DNA of 64,000 nucleotides, taken from Octopus sinensis (Eukaryota). Positions within the stretch are counted from its first letter, which is position 1. Every line of letters starts with the position of its first letter. The stretch spans positions 96,286,001 to 96,350,000 of the forward strand of contig NC_043005.1 in NCBI RefSeq assembly GCF_006345805.1, given 5' to 3'. The notes below the pieces were generated by a model that was given only the letters and a program-made list of their open reading frames with translations, searched no databases and was not told the DNA's origin. Shown one piece after another: positions 12,596 through 25,235 of this stretch. The position numbers were made by a program, and so were the translations under genes.

Positions 12596-14544
12596 GCTTA
12601 ATAGATGAATAGCCTTCTTAAATACCAACCACTTAACGGAGTGTACTTGGTGCCTTTTTTGCGGCGGCAGCACTAGTGAGGTCACCAAGTAATCATAAGT
12701 CAAAACCCTTCAACTGAGTGGAGTATAGTATTGAAACGTGTGAAAGTATGATAAAGTAACAGGAACAGGTGAGGATGTACCCTCAAATTACTGGGTGAAT
12801 ATAAGACAAAGAATAGGGATAGAGGAACAGAAAGGTTATATAAAAAAAGGATTCTATACATTTTCCTTCACAAAACATTGGTTGGTCTGAGGCTATAGAA
12901 GTCATTTACCCAACATGACTTGCAGTGGGATGAACCCGTTACTATATGGTTACAAAGTGAATGCCATTACAACACAGCTTCATCTAAGCCCATTCCTATT
13001 TCACAAATGAACATACAGCAGTAGAAAGGGCAACCAACAGTAAAGGCCAAAACTATTGTTTCAACAAATAAACCATCCCACCCATATAAACATGGCAATA
13101 TAAAAATAACTTTTGCTATTCATAGTATACACACTAACCCTTTGTTAAAATCTTTCCCCCCTACACCTGCATCAAGCTAGTTTAAATTTACTGAACACTC
13201 TAGTTCCATGGGAACCTCAGCACATTCCTTGGTTTCATCCATTATCGTCACACCACCAAATTAAACAGAAACGCATATACTTCAGTGGAGGAGGCCTTTA
13301 TGTGGTCAGTCGATCTGCTAGAAATAGCAGCCAAATCTCCATGTTACACTCTGACATCTTAACACAAGATACACTGTAAAGTGTAACAAGGGATTTCAAC
13401 CAGAACTAATTTGAAGCTCAACAACAACAATCAAAGAGCAGACATAGATAAGAACTTGAGACAGTTGAATACCAATCCTTAGGTTTCCTCCTCCATGGGG
13501 ACACACAGCACTTCCCTAGAGATGGGGAAGCAGAAACAGCACCAATACAAATGCATTCAGCTGTGAAGGGCTGTATGTCTTATAATACAACATAACATTG
13601 ATACTTTATAGGATAGCAAGAAATAAAATCACTTGTTGGCTTTTGTCTCATAGTTTGCACTACTAGTGTTCAAGTACAAATATACATACACAAACCATTT
13701 TATATAAACTAAACTTACCAGCTAATAAGACATGCTTTTTTATATTTCTAGATGTATGCAAAAATTGCCCTCTGTCTACTGCAACTGTACAATAGATGGG
13801 AGATGGAACACCATGGACTAGGGAGCCAGCTAAGCATAAGTCCACTAGGCACAATACTTGTTACTAATAATAAAAATGTTGAAAGCAGGCCAAATTATCT
13901 ACAATTTGTCTACAGTGGTTTGGTAGTTATGCTGGAAGGTCACACCATTTCATTATACTTCCTTCCTCAGCATAAATAACTCACACCTGATATGTCTTAT
14001 GTTATTTGATAAGTGTCTTACATTTAAGTAACATTTTGTAATCATCTATATGAAAAATTCTCCCAGAAAGATGAAAAACATGATAAACTTTGATCTGCCT
14101 ATCAGTTATTTGCAAAGTATCACCATCATTTAATGTCCATTTTCCATGCTAGCATGGGTTAGACAGTTTGACGAGAGCTGGTGAGCCAGAGAGGTGCACC
14201 AGGCTCCAGTCTGTTTTAGCTTGGTTCCTTCCTAACATATGGCTGACAATAAAACCATAGCAGTGGTGCACCGATTTGATGGTCAATCTTGCTAACAGAA
14301 AACATACTAGCTCAAAAAGAAGAGTTTTACATCCTGGATAGCAATTCTCTTGACCAAAATATAAACAATTATAAAGTTGATCTGAAGGAAGATGCAGCTG
14401 AAATACAATATTCCTATAACGTACTTTATTTATGATAAACGTATAGTTTCATACTTTATTCCAGTGTACTGTCGCAATGTTATGTTTACATGCACAGAAT
14501 TATACATTTTCCATACAAAACTACTTTAAAAATTTTTTCAATAT

Positions 14545-14945
14545 CATCATCATCGTCATTTAACGTCTACTTTCCATGCTAGCATGGGTTGGACGATTTG
14601 ACTGAGGGCTGGCGAACCAGACTCCAATCTGATCTGGCAGAGTTTCTACAGCTGGATGCCCTTCCTAACGCCAACAACTCTGAGAGTGTAGCAGGTGCCT
14701 TTACGAGCCACCAGCACGAGGGCCAGTATGGTGGTACTGGCAATGGCCACGCCCAAATGGTGCTTTTTACGTGCCACCTGCACAGGAGCCAGTCCAGCGG
14801 CACTGGCGATGACCTCGCTCAAATGTTTCACATGCCACCAGCACAAGTGCTAGTAAGGCAACGCGGTAACGATCACGCTCGAATGGTGTGCTTAACGTGC
14901 CATTGGCACGAAGGCCAGCTTGTTGCTTTGGCAACGATCTCACTC
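14545..14945 (-). mobile_element. RTE LINE 3' end with four modules
   Basis: (CAT)n tail, core and four ~62-66 bp modules. Confidence 0.75.
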
Positions 14946-15609
14946 GTATGGTATTCTTGTGTTTGAGAAAACACAGCAAATTTGTTTTTTTTTCCACAGA
15001 ATATATTTGTAAAATAGGGGAGTGTCTTCTGTGAGAGTGCATCTTATACACCAACAAATGCAGTATATATTATGAAAAAAAAAAACAAGTTAAAATGTAC
15101 ATATGTTGTAACTTGGTCCTAAACTAGATAGCCATTATTATGATAAAGCTTACAGTCTGAAGCATTTTGTTAGATATATCTTGCCCTTTGAAGGTCATTT
15201 ACTAAGCTTTCAGAAGAGAAAAATTTATGCAGATATGTTGTGCTTGTGTTTAGTTTTACATGAGCTGCTTTATTTTCTACTAGTTAAGCTAAGGAGGGAC
15301 AGTGTCCGTAACCTTTGAAACATCCTCCTCTCCCATATACAAGGACATAGAGATAACTGGGTGAGCGTAAAGTTAATAATGGTTAAATTGAATCATTAAC
15401 TGGTTTAAGGCAGTTACAGAAGACTGTGAAAAAATACTTGATATAGGATGTAGAGAAAGAAGAGAGAGAGAGAAAATAAAAGTTATAGGAAGATTAGTAA
15501 TAGACATTTTGTAGGTGGTAAAATGTTGGCAAGTTCAAGAGAAAAAAAAATGGAACTGAGTGAGAAGGCACACATCGAAAGAGTAGGTTGGTGGTTGTAG
15601 AATATTAGT

Positions 15610-15900
15610 GAATAAAGCTTTGCTTATCAGGTGAAGGACTTTTATTTTGATGAAGTTTTTCTTTGGCTTAACTGTTTACTACACACTTTTCCAGTAAAAG
15701 AGACCTCCCCAGTCATGTTTATTTATTATAACAAGAGTCCCAACATAGTGTGATGTTTGTAAAGTGCACTGGTCTCAACCTCCTTCAATTCATTATAGAT
15801 TTTAAGACTGTAATACAGGAGTTCAATGCTGTTTACAATTGTAAACTTTTTCATGCTGAAAACTTGGTTCATATAGCAGCATCTGTTGAAAGGTTACAGA
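15610..15900 (-). pseudogene. Possible Tc1/mariner transposase relic
   Basis: Weak similarity of a stop-rich frame to the QQD...WP..SPDLNP region. Confidence 0.25.
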
Positions 15901-16364
15901 AAGTTATGAATTCAAAAAAATGTTCTACAGTCCAAAGGTGTTCAAGTATAAGATGTTGGTTATTGACAGAAATTTTTTATTTTGTAGTTTATTTTCATGC
16001 TTATATGGAATTTAGCTTCTATCTTTTACTTGTTTCAGACATTGGACCGCAACCAGGATGATGCACAGCATTGAAGGGTTTAAGTCAAACAAATTGACCC
16101 CAGTATTTTTTTTAAGCTTGGTCAAACAGGGTTAACAGTAGAAGACACTTGCAGTGGAACTGAACTTAGAACCTTGTGGTTGGAAAGTAAATGTCTTACC
16201 CCACAGGTACACCTGTGCCTACCTGGGAATTTATTATTTTTTAAAAATTAAGTTAAAGGCTATATAATGGAAAATAGCTAATAATTTGGATATAAAACAA
16301 TTTATGGTAACAAAAAAAATTATTCGTCAAGTTAAGTGTGACATCAAGCATAGACATGAGACCA

Positions 16365-16524
16365 AGAATAGCCATGCCAAGTGGAGCACCTAGAATTGCA
16401 ACACTACATGTAGCACATAGAATATCATACAAAGTGTGGCACATAGAACTGCCATACCAAGCATGGCTCCTAGACTAGCTGTACCAAGTGTGGTACTAAT
16501 TATGGCCACACCAAGTGTAGTATT
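16365..16524. repeat. Degenerate 26-27 bp minisatellite, 6 units
   Basis: agaatagccatgccaagtggagcacct / agaattgcaacactacatgtagcacat / agaatatcatacaaagtgtggcacat / agaactgccataccaagcatggctcct and two more. Confidence 0.7.
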
Positions 16525-16528
16525 CAAA

Positions 16529-16760
16529 CCTATTTCTTTACTACTCACAAGAGGCTAAACACAGAGAGGACAAACAAGGACAGACAAACGGATTAAGTCG
16601 ATTATATCGACCCCAGTGCGTAACTGGTACTTATTTAATTGACCCCGAAAGAATGAAAGGCAAAGTTGACCTCGGCAGAATTTGAACTCAGAACATAGCA
16701 GCAGACAAAATACCGCTAAGCATTTTGCCCGGCGTGCTAATGACTGCCAGCTCGCCACCT
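16529..16760 (-). mobile_element. SINE family B, full length
   Basis: Reverse complement runs from the ggtggcgagctggcag head to the gtagtaaagaaatagg tail. Confidence 0.75.
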
Positions 16761-17029
16761 TGTAGAATCCAAACCTGCCATATCATAGAATGGCTGTGAC
16801 TAAAATAGAACCTAGAACAAATAAAAATAATATATCATCACCATCATTTTAATTTCCTTGGACAAGTGTCTTCTGCTATAGCCCCATGCCAACAAAAGCC
16901 TTGTGAGTGGATTCGGTGGATGGAAACTGCTAGAAGCACATCATGTATACGTATGTGTGTTTGTGTGTATTACTGTCTCCTTGCCTTTTTGTATGTTTGC
17001 ATGGATCACATGAAATTTATCGAGGAAGA

Positions 17030-17400
17030 TTTTCAATGGCCAGATATCATTTCTTTCACCAAGTCTCACCTGTTTCCAAGTAAGATAATATTTCCCTTGG
17101 GTCTTCCAAGTCAAAAAGCTGGGGAGCTGCACCAGGTTCCAATCTGAGCTGGCAAGGTTTCTATGGCTGGATGCCCTTCCTAATGCAACCACTCCAAGAG
17201 TGTAAAGGGTGCTTTTTATGTGCCACTGGCATGGGTGCCAGTTATGTAACACCAACATTGGCATATTGCCAAAGGTCTCGGTCACTTGTCACTGCCTCCA
17301 TGAGGCCCAATGTTCGAAGGGTGCCAGCTATGCAACATTGGCATCGGCCACAACTACAATATCACTTGGGTTGATGGGTCTTCTCAAGCAAGGCATATGG
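17030..17400 (-). mobile_element. RTE LINE 3' end (diverged)
   Basis: Core ggatgcccttcctaatgcaaccact and the end-of-ORF gagaagaccc motif on the minus strand. Confidence 0.6.
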
Positions 17401-17624
17401 GCTTCTTTCAGTTTCTCTCTGTTAAATCCACTCTCAAATCTTTGGTTGGCTTCAGGTTATACTAGAAGACACTTGCCCAAGGTACCATGTAATGGGACTG
17501 AACCTGAAACCATGTGATTAGAAAGCAAACTTTTTAGCCACACAGCCATGCTGGATGGGTAACAGTAATACAACAGGTGAAGGAGGTATATAGTTAGCAG
17601 AAAAATAGTTAAAGTAATTTAGGA

Positions 17625-18050
17625 ACAGGCATTGCTGTGATAAGAAGTTTGCTTCCTAACCACAGAATCCTGGGTTCAATCCGACAGTGTGGTATTTTGG
17701 GCAAGTGTCTTCTGCTATAGCCCCAGGCCAACCAAAGCTTCATGAGTGGATTTGATAGGATGGAAACTGAAAAAAGATTGCCGTATATGTGTGTGTGTGT
17801 GTGTCATTATGTCCTTGCTTTGACATAGTGTGATAACTGTAAATGAATGTCCATCATGCAAGTGGTGTCCTTCGCTCCCACTATTCCATAAAAACATATC
17901 TGGTTATGGGGCAATATTACCTTACTCGGAAATAAGTGAGGGTTGGTAACAGGAAGAGCATCCAGCTGCAGAAAAATCCACCTCAATAAAATTCTGCCTG
18001 ACCTATGCAAGCATGGGAAAATGGACATAAAACAATGATGATAATGATAA
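17625..18050 (+). mobile_element. SINE family A' with RTE-like tail
   Basis: Family-A head and body; tail ggttggtaacaggaagagcatccagctg...cctatgcaagcatgggaaaatggacataaaacaatgatgat. Confidence 0.65.
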
Positions 18051-18084
18051 TCGAGGCAGTGAGGATGTATGATAGAATAATTAA

Positions 18085-18273
18085 CCTTTTAGCATACAAA
18101 CTGGCCCAATTATTCTACCTGTTTTATGTTCAAACCAGCCAGATCCAGCCTCTAACAGCTACCCTACAATGCTTAATAATATCCTATCCTAACACCAGCT
18201 TAATGATAAAGTTATTTCACTAAATTATTGAAGCAAAAGACACATATTTCAAAGAAACATGCTAATGAAAGGG
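18085..18273. mobile_element. TTAA-flanked MITE
   Basis: TTAA|CCTTTTAGCAT ... ATGCTAATGAAAGGG|TTAA imperfect TIRs. Confidence 0.6.
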
Positions 18274-18699
18274 TTAAGTATTTCCTGGTGAAAAATATAT
18301 TATTCAACATAGATTAGGGTTTTGTGACTACAGAGGAAAAGCTAGACAGGTCCAAAGACACATGGTAATCTGGAGAATAAAGATATAAAAGGTGACATAG
18401 CCTTCTAATAATTCTAGTTGACACATATGGCAGAAAAGAAGAGACAGAAGATAACTAGGTGTCTTTGCAAGATGCCAATAACCTGGTTTCCATGATATGT
18501 GTGTGGCCAAGATCACAACATCCCCCCCCCCCAACAGGATGCCAGTCCATTGCAGGGTAACTTATTTACAGCTGAGTGGACTGGAACAACATGAAATGAA
18601 GTGTTTTGCTCAAGAACTCAATGCACCACCCAGTCCAGGAATTAAAATCATGATTTTGTGACTATAAGTGCAATGCCCTAACCATTAAGCTTTGCACTT

Positions 18700-19380
18700 T
18701 CACATATTATTGTTCACAGAATCATAAAAGCTAAGAGATAGGCTAAAAAGATTGGAAAACAGGAGGAAGTAAATATTGATGTAAAGTAGTAAGAAGAGAA
18801 GCAAGAAGTCAGGGATATTAAGCAAGGAAAGTAACTGAAAGCAAAATTTTGCATGCGTTCCTTGATGGTGAGGATCAAAGGCATGAGATATTCCAGAAAC
18901 CACAGAAAATCATGGAATTGTTTTTCACTGATACTGAAAAAAAAAAAAAAAGGCAAGAAAATGCTATTACGAGAGGTTGTTGAATGTGAAAGTAGTAATT
19001 CTGGTGTCAGCACAGAAAAGCTGATGTTGATTGTCGGGTGTGTGGGTATTTTGGAAATACTTCACTAAGTGACAGCTGTGCCCTGCTTAGTTATGGGCTG
19101 CCTTTGGCAAGGCATAACACCGATTCAATCACCCTGCCTGGGATACGGCAAAGTCATGGGACTGTGGCATGGTGGATTGTGAAGAGTTAGCAGAAGAGCT
19201 CAAGTGAGCCAACAGTGCAGAGCCAATGATGCTGAGCAGAGGAATCCTCGAAGATCAATGGCCAGGATCACTAAACACCATGAAGAGAGTACCTGCAACG
19301 CATCCATATGAGTGGTGTCCATGATTGTGTGATCAGCTGATGAAAGACCCACCATCATTCAAGTTTCCAATTCAAATTCA
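18700..19380 (-). pseudogene. Decayed LINE 3' region (L2/Crack/CR1-like)
   Basis: Stop-rich coding-like segment with weak resemblance to CR1-group C-termini; no consistent splice sites. Confidence 0.3.
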
Positions 19381-19739
19381 TGATAATGGAACTGGATGGC
19401 AACAGAGAGTGATAGGAATCCACGAAAGCAGTGAGAAATAAAAATGGTATATTGATCGTGTCATGTATAATACACAATGTTACACGAAGTAAAGATAGGT
19501 AAGGAAAGTGGATATAGTGTAAAAGTCCAGGTCAGAAACAAAAGAAATGAACTACAGAAAACTAAGAGAATGTATAGATAATGATACTCAAAATTATTCA
19601 AAAATAGTAAATCCAAAATACGAAACATGATACGAATATTACTGTAAAAAAATCATTGGAATAATTAGATAGAAAAACATTGAATGTGATTTGTTCTGCA
19701 ATACAACCCTGAAAGGCATCAGAATAATTATCAGAATTG

Positions 19740-20170
19740 TCATCATCATCGTTTAATGTCCGCTTTCCATGCTAGCATGGGTTGGACAGTTCGACTGGGG
19801 TCTGGGAAGCCAGGAGGCTGCACCAGGCTCCAGTCTGATCTGGCAGTGTTTCTACAGCTGGATGCCCTCCATGAGAGTAGTGAGTGCTTTTTACGTACCA
19901 ACAGCACAGGGGCCAACGGCCATGATCGGTTGGTGCTTTTACGTGTCACCGACATGGACGCCAGTCAGGCGGTGCTGGCAACTGCCACATTTGGACGGTG
20001 CTTTTAATGTGTCACCAGCACGGGTATCTTAACTACAATTTCCATTTGATGTTGGTGTTAATGTACTTGACTCAATAGGTCTCCTCATGAACAGTGGGTT
20101 ATTCTACGATCCAAGGTTAGCACAGCAGGCCATCCTACGAGCCATGAACTCACTTCATTTGTCGGGTCTG
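19740..20170 (-). mobile_element. RTE LINE 3' end
   Basis: (CAT)n tail, core, modules, and agacccgacaaatgaagtgag end-of-ORF junction. Confidence 0.7.
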
Positions 20171-20589
20171 AATATAAACTGAAGACTGGGTATCAAAACA
20201 TGGCATAAAGGAAAGAATTTCGTTTAAAGTAACCTCTGGCATTCACACAAAATTCTAAAACATTTTCCATTCATCACCTTTTGCCTTGTCTTTTTTCTTC
20301 ACCACAGTAGCTGCATAATTCTATAGAAATAAGTCTGGCAGTGTGGTTAAAAAGTTCACTTTACAAGTATATGGTTTCAGGTTCATTCCTATTGTCCTGC
20401 ACTTTTAGCAAGTGTCTTCTATCATGGCCTTGAGCCAACCAAAGCTTTGTAAGTTACAATTTGATAAACAGAAACTTTGAAGGCGGCTAGCTGGCAGAAA
20501 CGTTAGCACACTGAAAAATAAAAGATTAGATCAGTAGTCTTCAGACAGCACCTCAAAGAATAACTAGATGCACTGTAGATTTTCTTTTT

Positions 20590-20950
20590 TTTTTTTCATG
20601 TCACCTATCACCTCCTCCTCCTCCATGACCCACTCCTAGTTTCCTTACATTCCTCTAAACTGAGATTCACCATTGCCCATGCTTTCGGCAATGTTCACCA
20701 TTCACTGCTTTTGTTCCAATCTTCATTTCTATTGTCTGTCATTTACCTCTTTCACTCTGGCAAACCTAGTTCCCCTCCAGCCATCCTAGATTCCCTTCCA
20801 GCCATCCTATCCACCTTTTTCTGCCTTGATGCCTTATCTCCACCATCCTTTTTCCCTTTCCTGCTGGAGTAGCCATATATCTTCTCTACAGCATCTGTTC
20901 CTCTATCATCCTTCATCCTCTCTACACCTGGCACAACACCTTCTCCCTCA
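20590..20950 (-). pseudogene. RTE LINE C-terminal relic
   Basis: Degenerate ..PAGKGKR..R..RW.G.LEG.LG pattern. Confidence 0.4.
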
Positions 20951-21330
20951 ATACTGCACTGTCACTATCAACTAGTCATGTCTTCCAAGTTACTAAGTTA
21001 CTTGGTGACCATCACCAGCACTAGGACTGGTGCCATGAAAGCAGCACCCAGTAAAGTGTAAAATGGTTGGTGTTAGGAAAGGCAGCCAGTCATAGAAACC
21101 TTGCCAAAGTAGGCACTTGAAAACTAATGCAGATCTCAGGTTAATTAGATCCTGTCAAACCATCCAGCCCATGCCAGCATGGAACACAAACATTAAACAA
21201 TGATGACAATAAATTAAGGCTTTTTAAGCAGACTATTCTGGTTTTAGAAAGATAATCCTTCTGTAGAAACTAAACCAAAATTGAAATATATGAACAAGAT
21301 GTGATCTGATCTGTCTAAAAGATACAGTAA

Positions 21331-21714
21331 TCTCTCTCTATATAAAGCTGAAGTTGTCTGTGTGTGGCAGGTTTGGTAGCCTTCAACTAACATTATCTCT
21401 TCCGAGACTCTGTGGCGCAAGTTGACCAAAATTGAGAGTAGGACAGAAGAAGGCTTGCTCTTCCCTCCATAGAAGAAAAAATTCAAATCAGACCATGTTA
21501 ACACCAAAAATTATTTACATCAAAAAGGTGCTTTTTTTTTTCTATGAAAATCCCTATTTTTTACGATTTTTTTACTGCTGTGTCGCCTATTTTAACCAGA
21601 AAAATGTTCACTTAAAGAGAATAACAAGCTACATAGTGCAAAATTTTTACTTTCCAAAAATTTCAATTGTAAAGGGTCAAAACAAACCCGAGCAACGCCG
21701 AGCGATACTGCTAG
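21331..21714 (+). mobile_element. Non-autonomous Helitron
   Basis: A|TC 5' end, subterminal cccgagcaacgccgag hairpin, CTAG|T 3' end, no TSD; second copy at 31329-31721. Confidence 0.8.
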
Positions 21715-22949
21715 TTCCAAATAAGAATGCATTTGGACCATAATGAACTGCCTAACATATGCCAAAATAGACAGCAGTTGCATGATGATAGCAACAAGGA
21801 CATGAATGACTGAGTACCTTCAAAAACATTTTATACATAATTTCGCTATACACACGTACGATTAATAAAACAAGACAAACAAAAATTTTCCACATTCTTT
21901 TTTTTTTAAAGCTTCCTACATAAAATGTGCCATTAATTTTTTGGTTTCTTTACAAAGTGATCTGGTCATCTTTTACTTAATCTCCAGTGTACTGCAAAGC
22001 CAAAAATAATGAGACCCACTGAATTAGATAATGTGAGGTTCTGGTGTAAGCTTTACTCTTTAATAAATCCTTTGTCTAATTAATAAATTGCTGATATTAC
22101 GGAACTGACATGGTCAGTTGATACTGGAGTATACTAACCAATCAAATGAGGCATTCAATATGCATTTCTGTGTTAGACCATTTCACTTTTAGGATGGGTT
22201 TGTAATACCCAATTAAAAAATAAAAACAGTAGAGAGAGTTGATTTATTTATGGAAATTCAGTTGCAATATCAAACAGGCTTGGGTGATAGACTTAATGTG
22301 GTCATTGGTTTATCACCACCATCTATTCCTGGGGTACCTTTAGTGGAGTCTACTCTGTTATAAGCAATTTAGCAAGAGTACCAGTTTAATGATACTTTCC
22401 TCATGCCTTCTCTCATACCTTTACTCAGTAAAGGGCAATGGGTACAGCCTTACCTTCCTGACTAAGCAATAAAAAAAGTAGACAGTGACGACATAAATAC
22501 TCTACGCTGACTCACCAATGTTGCTTTTGAGCCCTAAAGGTATCCCAGTCATGGCTAGCCATTCTTTTTATGAATACAGTAATACCTCACTTTACAAGAC
22601 CCCAGGTTAACGAGGTTTATTTTTCAAGCACAAGATCCAAATTACGAACATAGTGCAAAAGTTTCTACTACCATAACAAATGCCTTTGCATGTTACCAGA
22701 AAATTTATAGAGAGTGGGAAAAAGCTTCTTCTAAGCAAATAACTCAAGACTTGCATTTTAAAAAGAAATCTACAAGTCCATCTACGAGAGCTTGTGACTC
22801 AGCGATCATGTCTAACAATGATGGTGCAAATGAAAGTGATTCAGAAAACGCTTCTAATATTTTTTGTTATAAATGGTTTTGACATTCTTTTTATTTTACT
22901 CTTTACATTCTACTGTTGTTTTATTGCCATTTGTTTACAAGTATTGCAA

Positions 22950-23318
22950 ATCATCGTCATCATCACTTAACGTCCGCGTTCCATGCTAGCATGGGTTGGA
23001 CGATTTGACCGAGGGCTGGCAAACCAGATGGCTGCACCAGGCTTCAATCTTGATCTGACAGAGTTTCTACAGCTGGATGCCCTTCCTATTGCCAACCACT
23101 CCAAGAGTGTAGTGGGTGCTTTTACGTGCCACCGGCATGGGGCCAGTCAGGCGGTACTGGCAGCGACCTCGCTCAAATCTTTTTACACATGCCACCGGCA
23201 CAGGTGCCAGTAAGGCGATGCTAGTAACGATCACACTCGAATGGTGTCTTTTATGTGCCACCGGCACGGAAGCCAGATAGCCACTCTAGCAACGATCACG
23301 CTCGGATGGTGCTCTTAA
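22950..23318 (-). mobile_element. RTE LINE 3' end with three modules
   Basis: Near-consensus copy. Confidence 0.75.
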
Positions 23319-23864
23319 ATCTTATAGGTAAAATATTTTTCTTGAAACAAATTATGATACATAACATACTATGGGAAATTATTGCTCTGCTTTATGAGCA
23401 GTCTCCGGGAACAAATGAACTTGTATATTGAGGCTTTACTGTAAATAGGGCTACATTATCTACTGAGTTTTGTCTTTACTTCGGGATTTCAGAGAGCTTT
23501 GACTATTATTTCTATCAGTTTCGGCAACCAAGTAGAGGCTTACTCAAAATTGTCATTGTCAGTAAACTTTAGAGGCAGTGAATAGGGACAGAAATGATAG
23601 AAGCTTCAGACAAAATATCTATTAGTGCTTAGTTTTATCCAATGTGTGTAGATAAAGGTGTTCACTTATTCTTCAAACCATCTTGTGGTTAAAATAAGTG
23701 CCAGGCATAAACAAGGCTTCATTCAATCAACAATAGCCTCATGTTAGTATGAGAATCATTATTGGTTAACCTTGGGAAAAGCAATGACAGAAGCTTACTG
23801 GTGATCTTACAAAACAGCAAAAAAAAGAAACTGATATTTGTTTTATTATTTATCCAATAATATT

Positions 23865-24105
23865 AAGGTGGCAAGCAGGTAGAATTGATAGCACATTAGA
23901 CTAGACAGTATTTCTTCATTATGTCCTGAGCTCAGATCCCATTGAGGTAAACTTTATCTTTCATCCTTTCGAGATCAATAAAATAAAGTACCAGTCAAGT
24001 ACTGAAGTCAATGTGATTGACTTGCCTCCTCCTCTCAAAATTGCATGCCTTATATCAAAATTAGAAAGAATTATTTATCCTTTAATAATGATTTTTTTTT
24101 ATATA
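23865..24105 (+). mobile_element. SINE family B (diverged)
   Basis: ggtggcaagcaggtagaat head; tttcatcctttcgagatcaataaaataaagtaccag domain. Confidence 0.55.
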
Positions 24106-24469
24106 AGCACAAGAACAAAAATTTTTTGGTGGGGCAAGATTAGACAATTAAATTCACCCCTGTACTTGACTGCTATTTTATCAATCCTGAGAAAATATAA
24201 AGTAAAGTTAAATTCAGTAGGGGAATATTAATAAAATTATTTTACTGGCCCTCAGTGAACCTTGGTTAAATTCAAATTCAATACTGTAAATAAGCTACAG
24301 TTAACTGGCTGTTCAGCCAGTAGACCCTTGTCTAACCACCAAATAAATCTGATGTTAGATTTGATGAACCACTTATTTAATTAAAATCTATCAGCACTTT
24401 ATTTGCTCAGCATGTTATTATAGAGATGAGATTTTGAAATATAATGGTTTTGTTTTAAATTTGCCTTAT

Positions 24470-24870
24470 TTCATTAGCTATATGGCTCAGAAACCTGGAC
24501 GTTATCAAAGAAGCTTGAGAGGCGGTTGGATGGAACTTACACTCACCTCCTTATGAGAGCTCAAAATATCTCGTGGAAGTGTCATCCAACCAAAGTACAA
24601 ATATATGGGAAATTACCACCTGTATCATCTCTTGTGAAAGGTAGAAGAGTCCAGTTTGCTGGACATTGTTGTAGAGCTGAAAACAAGGTAATTTCTACTC
24701 TTCTCCTCTGGAAGCCATCTGCTCGCGATACTCTCTTACCCTGTTGTAATCTCCAGGGATACAGGCATCCAGCAACAGGTCCACCGTAATACTATGATGG
24801 ACCGTGAAGTCTGGTGTAACATAGTAAATTCCATTGTCTCGACCACGGTCGAACAATGATGATGATGATT
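24470..24870 (+). pseudogene. RTE-clade LINE C-terminus with (GAT)n tail
   Basis: LDGTYTHLLMRAQNISWK...RRVQFAGHCCRAE...LLLWKP followed by a gatgatgatgat tail. Confidence 0.75.
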
Positions 24871-25017
24871 TCATTAGCATAAAGACAGTAAAATAGAAAT
24901 ACAGTATAAGACACAGGGCTAAATAGCTTACTGTGTTTAGACAACCCCTCAATATTCTGGCTTTAAATCACACCATTGTCAATAACATAAGTACCAGTAA
25001 TATATACAAGGGGTAGG

Positions 25018-25235
25018 GCAGCAAACTGGCAGATTCGTTAGCAAGCCAGACAAACTGCTAAGATATTTTCTGCACATCTTTTACATTCAGAGTTCAAATT
25101 CTGCTTAGGTCAGTTTAGCCTTTTACCCTTTTGAGATCAATAAAATAAGTACCAGTTGAGCACTGAGATTGATGTAATTGACTTAACCCCTCCCTTGAAC
25201 CAGCTGGCCTTAAGCCAAAATTTGAAACCAATATA
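25018..25235 (+). mobile_element. SINE family B (diverged)
   Basis: ggcagcaaactggcagattcgttagc head, gagttcaaattc B-box. Confidence 0.55.

Noticed and set aside
18714-19013. Hydrophobic 99-aa ORF as a membrane-protein exon
   Set aside because: No donor site, embedded in a decayed LINE-like segment, composition explained by purine/pyrimidine strand bias
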